From NCBI RefSeq assembly GCF_003010495.1, contig NZ_CP027570.1, positions 300,001 through 332,000 of the forward strand: DNA of 32,000 nucleotides, written 5' to 3'. The notes under the pieces were generated by a model. That model was given only the letters and a program-made list of their open reading frames with translations. It was not told the origin of the DNA and did no database searches. This document shows, piece after piece, positions 25,754-32,000 of the stretch; within the stretch, counting starts at the first letter, position 1, and each line of letters starts with the position of its first letter. Source of the stretch: Megasphaera elsdenii DSM 20460 (GTDB taxonomy: Bacteria > Bacillota > Negativicutes > Veillonellales > Megasphaeraceae). The translations under genes and the position numbers were made by a program.

Positions 25754-25783
25754 ATTATACCGTCAACCCTCAATCATCGTCAA
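25754..25783 (-). promoter_or_regulatory. Strong candidate sigma-70-type promoter of the ABC-F gene
   Basis: On the minus strand: TTGACG (25783-25778), 18-nt spacer, TATAAT (25759-25754). The predicted leader is about 130 nt. Confidence 0.55.
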
Positions 25784-25784
25784 G

Positions 25785-26047
25785 CCTCGGACTCAGATGC
25801 GGCTTCGCCGCGTCAATTTCATGATTGTATTACGACCATGTGCCATCTGTCATAAATTCCGGCTATGTACAGGATTCACAGCGGTACGCCCTTTGGGCGT
25901 CCCCTACGGTATCGCATAGAGGCGATGAAAATGAACGCAGGTCGCATTCGCAGATGGCAGGCCGTAAAAAAATACACGGCCTGCGGCCGTTTCGTAGGGG
26001 TTTCCACGTGGGAAGCCCGCTAGAGAGATTGGTGTTAGCATATAAAT
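25785..26047. repeat. Intergenic modular repeat region R6 (hairpin modules, no clear heptamer array)
   Basis: Module CCTCGGACTCAGATGCGGCTTCGCCGC (25785-25811) and module GGGCGTCCCCTACGGTATCGCATAGAGGCGATGAAAATGA (25895-25934) both recur at 27428-27557. It also carries hairpins GCAGGCCGT...ACGGCCTGC and a CGTAGGGG motif. Confidence 0.7.
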
Positions 26048-26109
26048 AGGACAAGTCAAACTGAGGTTCCTAATGGTGGTACAATAGGATTAACTAAGGA
26101 GGCCTCAGT

Positions 26110-26391
26110 ATGGCAAAATTCAACAAAGAATTCAAAATCAACGCAGTTAAATATTATCATGAACATCGGGAACTCGGCTTGGTTGGCTGTGCTACGAATC
26201 TAGGTATTGCTCCACAAACCTTGTCCCGTTGGCAAAAGCAGCTGAAGGACAATGGCGAAATGCCTTATCGTGGTTCCGGCAACTATGCTTCGGATGAAGC
26301 TAAGGAAATCGCCCGTCTGCAGCGTGAACTGCGGGATGCGAAGGATGCGTTGAATGTCCTAAAAAAAGCTATCAGCATTCTGGACAAATGA
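26110..26391 (+). CDS. IS3-family transposase OrfA (HTH)
   Basis: SD AAGGAGG. 93 aa with an HTH (LVGCATNLGIAPQTLSRWQKQ) and a leucine-zipper-like C-terminus. Confidence 0.88.
   Translation: MAKFNKEFKINAVKYYHEHRELGLVGCATNLGIAPQTLSRWQKQLKDNGEMPYRGSGNYASDEAKEIARLQRELRDAKDALNVLKKAISILDK
26361..26368 (+). promoter_or_regulatory. Programmed -1 ribosomal frameshift site (A7G) joining OrfA to OrfB
   Basis: orfA reads CTA AAA AAA GCT. A -1 slip on A AAA AAA enters the orfB frame at 26367 (AGC TAT CAG...), upstream of the orfB ATG at 26388. Confidence 0.7.
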
Positions 26392-27302
26392 CCATTGCCA
26401 TCTATCGCAGTGTCCAGGAAGAAGCCGAAAATGCCCATCAGGCAGAACGTCGTTTTTCGGTGTCCGGAGTGCTTTCTGAACTCGACGTTTCTTCTTCAGG
26501 ATATTATGACTGGGCGGCGCGCAAACCATCGAAACAGGCCCAGCACCGCAAGGAGATGAAGAAAAAGATTCAAACTATCTACGACGATTCCAAGCAGATT
26601 TACGGAGCCCCGAAGATTGCCCAAGTTATGCAGCAGAACGGGGACAGTATCTCTGAACGCACAGTTGGCGTATACATGCGGCAAATGGGCATTCAGGCCT
26701 GCTGGGTAAAGCATTACACCGTAACGACCCGTAACAGTGACTTTGACGTGGCGCTGGTGAATATCCTTCAGGAATGCTTCAATCCTGAAGAACCGGATCA
26801 AGTATGGTGCAGCGACATCACCTATATCTGGACAGCTGAAGGTTTCGTCTATTTGGAAAGCATTATGGATTTGTTCTCCAGGAAAATCATCGCCTGGAAT
26901 CTGGCCCGTAATCTGGACGTCGCCGGCATCGTCAAGATGCTGCAGGAAGCCAAACAATGCCGGAAACCCGGACAGCTGTTGGTTATCCATTCGGACCGTG
27001 GCTGCCAGTATGTTTCGCAGGCATATATTCGGGAGACATCCCAAATGCGCCGCAGCTATTCGAAGAAAGGCTATCCATGGGACAATGCCTGCATCGAATC
27101 CTTCCACTCCCTGATTAAACGGGAATGGCTCAATCGCTTCAAGATTCAAAATTATCAGCAAGCGTACTTGTTGGTGTTTGAATACATCAATACCTTTTAC
27201 AACACCGTACGCATTCATAGCCATTGCAACTACATGTCACCGGATGACTATGAAAAGCTGTATGCTGATTTCCAGAAACATAATATGCGTCTGGGAATCT
27301 AA
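26388..27302 (+). CDS. IS3-family transposase OrfB (rve/DDE integrase core), probably made as an OrfAB fusion
   Basis: WCSDITYIWTAEG, VIHSDRGCQYVS and DNACIESFHSLIKREW give the DDE triad context. It overlaps the orfA end in the -1 frame. Confidence 0.88.
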   Translation: MTIAIYRSVQEEAENAHQAERRFSVSGVLSELDVSSSGYYDWAARKPSKQAQHRKEMKKKIQTIYDDSKQIYGAPKIAQVMQQNGDSISERTVGVYMRQMGIQACWVKHYTVTTRNSDFDVALVNILQECFNPEEPDQVWCSDITYIWTAEGFVYLESIMDLFSRKIIAWNLARNLDVAGIVKMLQEAKQCRKPGQLLVIHSDRGCQYVSQAYIRETSQMRRSYSKKGYPWDNACIESFHSLIKREWLNRFKIQNYQQAYLLVFEYINTFYNTVRIHSHCNYMSPDDYEKLYADFQKHNMRLGI

Positions 27303-27392
27303 GAAACGAAAAACCTCAATTTAATTTGTCCGAAATCTTGACATAGGACCAGATTTCACCACAGCCTAGCCGAGTATAATGGCTTTTTTTAC

Positions 27393-27587
27393 GAGCTACG
27401 AACCACGAACAACGAGCCACGGCTTTTCCTCGGATTCAGATGCGGCTTCGCCGCTATAAACTCAAACTAACAACGACGCTTCGGGAAACCCTCTGCGCGT
27501 AGCGGGACGCCTTAACAGGACGTCCCCTACGATATCGCATGGAAGCGAAGAAAATGATAAGACAAACGCAAAAATAGCCGCCTATCG
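27393..27587. repeat. Intergenic modular repeat region R5
   Basis: Inverse C-type heptamers GAGCTAC GAACCAC GAACAAC GAGCCAC (27393-27420), then the two modules shared with R6 (27428-27454 and 27518-27557). It also has the hairpin GGGACG...CGTCCC. Confidence 0.75.
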
Positions 27588-29117
27588 TTATTTTCCCTTT
27601 GAGTACACTCCAGGCACATTACAAAGCGGCAACAGTTCATCCAGTTTGGCGACGATGCGTTTTTGTTCGTCCAGAGGAGGAAGGGGAATACATATTGAAG
27701 CTATTATTGTCGCTTTTAATTCTTTTTGATTTGTCGAACCATCACCTGATGACTCTAATTTGGGTTGTAACTTCTTTAAGAAATAAAATATGTATTGGCT
27801 ATCAATCAAATCATGGAGAACTCGAATCGTAGTAACATGCGAATCTGGAACAATTTTAAGATTATACGGATTATCTTTATCCCGAAAGAATCCAACACGT
27901 CCCATAGTCCCATTTCCCGTTGAATTAATAACTATATCACCAGATAGCATAAATTCTTCTTCAGGATATTTTTTTAATGTACTTAAATCCAGCTTCTTAG
28001 CAAGCTCTAAATTAATGCGACCTGGCTTAGTATTGCATTTTTGCGCAAAAACTAACACATCTCCAGTTATACTATATTTAGGAGATTTGCCTCGCTTTAT
28101 GGTCTTACTAACAATATCTCCTAATCTCGCCCACATCCAGTTTGTCGGAATTTCAAAGGGAATTTCATCCGCTTCGATTTCCGGCAGGGGCTTTTCTTTT
28201 TTGATTTTCTTTTCAGCTATGAGCCGCTGTTTTTCTTTCTGAATGTCATTAAAGAGGTCCCGTGCGTCGCCGTCTTCTTTTCGCTGGTCCGTGAGTTTCC
28301 CTTGCATAGCCAGGTCCAGCAGTTTGGCTTTCATAGCTTGTTGCAGTTCCCGGTATTCTTCATAGGCCTTATTGATGGCATCCAGCTGGGCAAAGAGAGC
28401 GGATACCTTGTCGGCAATGCGGTGTTGTTCGGCCAGTGGTGGAAGTGGAATAAGGTATTTTAAAACATCTTTGGCAGCTAAATTAGGTTGCGCAGTACCA
28501 TTTGCATATTTATTTAATTCATTGGCAGCTTGTGGGGATTTTAAATAGATGAAAAGATATGCCCTCAGAGCAGTGTTAAATAGTCGAATAATAGCCAGCG
28601 ATGAGGCAATAGCCCCTTCACAAAAGGGTTCTATACGAGCAACTTTGCCAAATGAGCCTCTTAAACAAAACAGTAAATCATTTCTTTGAATTTTTCCATT
28701 GCGTAATGAATCATACTTATTTGGGGTTATATAATTCATCTTGTCCGCATTTAAATATCCATCGTCGGTGATATGTCCTGCATTAATCCAAGCTATTCCT
28801 GAAGCTACATATTCTTCACGTTTGGGATAATTTTTCCCTCTATCTCCATTAACTGCTTGAGCAATATCCCCCAGTCTTACCCACTCCCAGTTCTCAGGAA
28901 TTTCAAAGGGCTTTTCTTCTTCTGTTATCTCTGGCAGTGGCTTTCCTTTCTTGATTTTCTTTTCTTTGATGAGTTTTTCTTTTTCTGCCTGTATCTCTCT
29001 CAGGAGGTCCCGTGCGTTGCCGTCTTCTTCCCGCTGGTCCGTAAGTTTTCCCTGTATGGCCAAGTCGAGGATTTTGGCCCGCATGGCTTGGGTGTCGATG
29101 TGGAGATTCTTAGTCAT
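27588..29117 (-). CDS. hsdS: Type I restriction-modification specificity subunit HsdS (two target-recognition domains)
   Basis: 509 aa. The conserved coiled-coil region AM(R/K)AK(I/L)LDLA(I/M)QGKLTDQR.EDG.ARDL...KKIKK.KPLPEI..FEIP.NW.W.RLGDI occurs twice, exactly 250 aa apart. Each copy is followed by a divergent TRD. The start overlaps the hsdM stop by 8 nt. Confidence 0.9.
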   Translation of the reverse strand: MTKNLHIDTQAMRAKILDLAIQGKLTDQREEDGNARDLLREIQAEKEKLIKEKKIKKGKPLPEITEEEKPFEIPENWEWVRLGDIAQAVNGDRGKNYPKREEYVASGIAWINAGHITDDGYLNADKMNYITPNKYDSLRNGKIQRNDLLFCLRGSFGKVARIEPFCEGAIASSLAIIRLFNTALRAYLFIYLKSPQAANELNKYANGTAQPNLAAKDVLKYLIPLPPLAEQHRIADKVSALFAQLDAINKAYEEYRELQQAMKAKLLDLAMQGKLTDQRKEDGDARDLFNDIQKEKQRLIAEKKIKKEKPLPEIEADEIPFEIPTNWMWARLGDIVSKTIKRGKSPKYSITGDVLVFAQKCNTKPGRINLELAKKLDLSTLKKYPEEEFMLSGDIVINSTGNGTMGRVGFFRDKDNPYNLKIVPDSHVTTIRVLHDLIDSQYIFYFLKKLQPKLESSGDGSTNQKELKATIIASICIPLPPLDEQKRIVAKLDELLPLCNVPGVYSKGK

Positions 29118-30558
29118 CCTGATCCACCCCCGCCAATTCCTGGTTAAGTAAGGCTACGGCCTGGGCAATCTCTTCGGATTTTTCCTGCATGGCCGTCAGG
29201 ATTTCAGAAAGGCTGCGGGTATCCGCTTCTTCTTCATCGGTCATCCAGGAAATATCGAGACTGGTATTGGGCCGGGCCTCGATGTCCGCTTTCGTAAATT
29301 TGCGCCACCGTCCTTCAGTGTTGTTTTTTGCATCATACGTTTCTTTACGTTCTGTACGATTGTCAGGGCAGTACAGTTTCTCGAATTCAGCGAAGTCCCT
29401 TTCATTCAGAGGAGAGCGCTTGCCAAAAGTGCGCATTTTATGGCGCATATCATAGATCCAGATTTCCGCTGTATTATTTTGGTCTGTAGTCCCACGGTCA
29501 AAGAACAGGACGTTGGTCTGCACGCCCTGGGCGTAGAAAATGCCGGACGGAAGGCGCAGAATGGTGTGGAGATTGCATTTATTCATCAAGTCACGGCGAA
29601 TCTGTTCGCCTGCGCCATCGGCAAAGAGGACATTATCCGGCACTACGACAGCGGCACGAGCTGTCCCTTTTCGATTGAGGGCATTGTAAATGATTTCCAA
29701 AAAATTGAGCTGCTTATTCGATGTGGCATAAGTAAGGTCGTCACGGGTAGCCCGTTCACCGCCCTTTTTCGTACCAAAGGGCGGATTGGTCAAAATGACG
29801 TCGAAGTCCTTCATCCATTTCCCTGCCGCCGAAAGGCTGTCGCCCTGTTCCAAGCGTCCGTCCATATCATGCAAATATTCATTCATAAGAGCCAGACGAT
29901 GAGTAGTCGGGACCAGCTCCATGCCGGAAAAAGCTTCATGCCGCTGGAATTGCTGCTCCTCATCAGACAAGTCAAAATAATCATCAGTCTGCTTTTTCAG
30001 ATAGTCATTGGCAGCTACCATAAAGCCGAAAGTCCCGGCTGCTGGATCACAGAGGCGCTCTCCCGGTTTAGGATGTACCATTCGCACCATCATATTTATG
30101 AGGGGACGCGGTGTAAAATACTGGCCGGCGCCAGACTTGGTTTCATTAGCATTTTTCTCCAGCAGCCCTTCATACAGGTTGCCCAGCCCTTCTTCTCTGG
30201 CAGAAAACCAGTCGAGCTCATCAATATCCTTGATGATTTTTTCCAAGTTGGCCGGCTCATCAATACTGGTCGACGCATCCTTATAGATGGCATTGACTTT
30301 AGGGTTAGGCGTCTTTTGGGCATTGCCCAGGTCCAGGAGCATCTGTTTGTAGAAAGTCTTGAGTTCCAGCCCTTCTTTCGCTTTGAGCTCATCCCAACGA
30401 TATCGTTCCGGGATTCCTTCTTCCTGGCCCTGTTCCTTGCTCATCTTGAGGAACAAAATATACGTAAGTTCCGTCACATAATCCTGATAAGTAATGCCAT
30501 CATCCCGAAGGACATTACATTCATTCCACAAACGTTGTACAATTTCCTGATTGGTCAT
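29110..30558 (-). CDS. hsdM: Type I restriction-modification N6-adenine DNA methyltransferase HsdM
   Basis: N-terminal HsdM_N-like region (LWNECNVLRDDGITYQDYVTELTYILFLK), AdoMet motif CDPAAGTFGF, catalytic motif LTNPPFG. Confidence 0.93.
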   Translation of the reverse strand: MTNQEIVQRLWNECNVLRDDGITYQDYVTELTYILFLKMSKEQGQEEGIPERYRWDELKAKEGLELKTFYKQMLLDLGNAQKTPNPKVNAIYKDASTSIDEPANLEKIIKDIDELDWFSAREEGLGNLYEGLLEKNANETKSGAGQYFTPRPLINMMVRMVHPKPGERLCDPAAGTFGFMVAANDYLKKQTDDYFDLSDEEQQFQRHEAFSGMELVPTTHRLALMNEYLHDMDGRLEQGDSLSAAGKWMKDFDVILTNPPFGTKKGGERATRDDLTYATSNKQLNFLEIIYNALNRKGTARAAVVVPDNVLFADGAGEQIRRDLMNKCNLHTILRLPSGIFYAQGVQTNVLFFDRGTTDQNNTAEIWIYDMRHKMRTFGKRSPLNERDFAEFEKLYCPDNRTERKETYDAKNNTEGRWRKFTKADIEARPNTSLDISWMTDEEEADTRSLSEILTAMQEKSEEIAQAVALLNQELAGVDQDD

Positions 30559-30573
30559 AATCTTCTCTTTCTA

Positions 30574-32000
30574 TTACGCAAATATGATATCATTAATGAC
30601 ATCGACAATTTCATCTGTTTTATCTTTAAAAATCCGCTGCATCCCTTTATAGCCTCCCCGGCTGCGGAAGGCGTCGTTAGAATCGAAGGCGACTTGGGCA
30701 TTAGGCCCTAAGACATTGTTCAGGAGCAGTTGTTTTTTAATTCGTTCCAACCATTTCATCTGCGTGGGTGTCCATTCTGCCAAGCCATAGACCTTGTTCA
30801 TGGCGCGTTCTACCAGAGCGTCTTCAGACTCCAGCGGTGTCCCCAGTGCGGCTTGGCGGATAAAGCTGATAATATTAGCCGCTGTCGCTTCTTTATTCAC
30901 TTGCCGCCATGCAGACTGCAAATCGCGTTCCCGGAACCCCTGTGTTTGAAGGATGGCATCAATTTGCTGTAACTCTTTCAAGGTCAAATCTCTCGGACGG
31001 TTCACGATGACGCCGATGCCCGCAATGGCATTGACGTTATGCTTGATGAAGGCGTTAAATTCTTCCAGATAATCGCCAGGGCCTTCCCCGGTTTTGCCAT
31101 AGCTCTGACGCACGTCGACCAGCATATCATCCTGATGGGAAATAAGGACCTTCCGGGAATCCCTGTGGAAAGCATCAATGAGCCAGATGGCCTGTCCTTC
31201 TTTTACCATGGCCTGCTGGTCGCTTTTTTCCAATAACCGGGTCCATTGAAAGAGGTCCTTGATACCTGTCGCCGTTTCCAGTGATTTTCGTTCTTTCTCA
31301 TTCAGGCGATGCAACTTGCGCTGCACTTTGGCAATCAGCTGATCCCGATACTCTTCAAAGTCCCCTTCCTTTTCAGCTTCCGTAACTAGCTGAAAGAGGT
31401 CTTCCATAGAACGATGGACGTTCTTTTCGTGAATGACGGAATTCATGTCAGTTACTTTTTCCATACTGGCGAATTGTCCGACGGCGTCATAGATATTGAA
31501 ATAGTCCATGCCTGGGAACAGGCGCGTAGCACGGCCCAGCATTTGTTCAAATAAGATACGGGACTTCACACGACGCATGAACACGAGGTTCATAATGGAC
31601 GGCACGTCAATGCCCGTCGTCAAAAGGTCTACGGTAACGACGATATTCGGGAATTCCTCATTTTTAAATTCCCGGATATGCTGTTCTTTGTGACGATCAT
31701 GGCCCGTAATTTTCATGATGGCATTCGCCGGTAAAGGCTTATCGGCTTTGGCAAAGGCTTCCTGCAGCAAGTATACTATCATGTCGGCATGAGAATCACG
31801 GGCGGCAAAGATAAGCGTCTTGCCGAGTTCGCGGTCCAGCGGGTCCAGCCGTTCTGCCAACGCCTGACAAACGACACGGTTGAAGGATTCGGTCACGACT
31901 TTCGTATTGAACGCATCGACATCGAAATCCATATCATCGGGCAGCTGATATTTTTTGATAGACGCATCGGACTCATGAAAGACTTCGACTTCTTCATCTT
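30574..32000 (-). CDS. hsdR: Type I restriction endonuclease HsdR, C-terminal part; the 5' end lies beyond the window
   Basis: The frame stays open upstream of the track's Met (31932) to base 32000 (...DEEVEVFHESDASIKKYQLPDD-MDFDV). Helicase C-terminal motifs TVDLLTTGIDVP and QMLGRATR are present, followed by an EcoEI_R_C-like tail. Confidence 0.88.
   Translation of the reverse strand, partial: DEEVEVFHESDASIKKYQLPDDMDFDVDAFNTKVVTESFNRVVCQALAERLDPLDRELGKTLIFAARDSHADMIVYLLQEAFAKADKPLPANAIMKITGHDRHKEQHIREFKNEEFPNIVVTVDLLTTGIDVPSIMNLVFMRRVKSRILFEQMLGRATRLFPGMDYFNIYDAVGQFASMEKVTDMNSVIHEKNVHRSMEDLFQLVTEAEKEGDFEEYRDQLIAKVQRKLHRLNEKERKSLETATGIKDLFQWTRLLEKSDQQAMVKEGQAIWLIDAFHRDSRKVLISHQDDMLVDVRQSYGKTGEGPGDYLEEFNAFIKHNVNAIAGIGVIVNRPRDLTLKELQQIDAILQTQGFRERDLQSAWRQVNKEATAANIISFIRQAALGTPLESEDALVERAMNKVYGLAEWTPTQMKWLERIKKQLLLNNVLGPNAQVAFDSNDAFRSRGGYKGMQRIFKDKTDEIVDVINDIIFA

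Larger units (their letters stand above)
26048..27332 (+). mobile_element. IS3-family insertion sequence (about 1285 bp)
   Basis: Terminal inverted repeats GGACAAGTCAAACTGAGGTT (26049-26068) and AACCTCAATTTAATTTGTCC (27312-27331) match at 17 of 20 positions. It has orfA/orfB organisation. Flanking direct repeat AAAT at 26044-26047 and 27333-27336. Confidence 0.85.

Noticed and set aside
25710-26054. Small ORFs 25710..25919 (+), 25825..26049 (+) and 25863..26054 (-) between the ABC-F gene and the IS3 copy
   Set aside because: They lie entirely within repeat modules and hairpins, lack an SD, and have implausible composition. They are better explained as non-coding repeat sequence.
27337-27380. 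Outward-facing hybrid promoter created by the IS3 right end (TTGACA at 27337-27342, TATAAT at 27375-27380)
   Set aside because: The two hexamers are about 32 nt apart, far from the 16-18 nt optimum. TTGACA also lies outside the inverted repeat. There is no supportable promoter.

Overview
This looks like a chromosomal window of mostly housekeeping and metabolic genes, with one accessory end. The taxon cannot be verified. Gene content (ccpN, DapL-type lysine pathway, split MacAB-like pump) and C/G-ending codons with AT-rich spacers suggest a Firmicute of the Negativicutes/Veillonellaceae type; this is inference only.

Genes, left to right:
- A large HD-domain/HEAT-repeat protein on the minus strand. 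It runs off the left edge and is absent from the ORF track.
- A gluconeogenic module on the minus strand: ppsA, ccpN, and the PEP-synthase regulatory kinase (ppsR).
- A class A PBP.
- A minus-strand operon of a PaaG-like crotonase plus a two-subunit family I CoA-transferase.
- A CytX-like permease followed by a 67-aa Cys-containing ORF.
- A MacA/MacB-like tripartite ABC pump (adaptor, ATPase, FtsX-type permease).
- Flavodoxin, LL-DAP aminotransferase (dapL) and ychF.
- An IS1182-family insertion sequence.
- An orphan XRE regulator, a GlcD-type FAD oxidase and an ABC-F ATPase.
- An IS3-family insertion sequence with a -1 frameshift site.
- A type I R-M operon, hsdR-hsdM-hsdS, on the minus strand. 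hsdR runs off the right edge.

The most unusual signal is non-coding. Nearly every 3' intergenic spacer carries a modular repeat element. Each is bounded by inverted arrays of degenerate tandem heptamers (GTGGYTA / GTGGYTC and their complements) next to A/T-flanked terminator hairpins, and some have strings of short perfect hairpins inside. Both IS copies sit in or beside these elements. I found no multi-gene novel system such as a defence island. All calls come from reading the sequence and from remembered family signatures; no searches were run.
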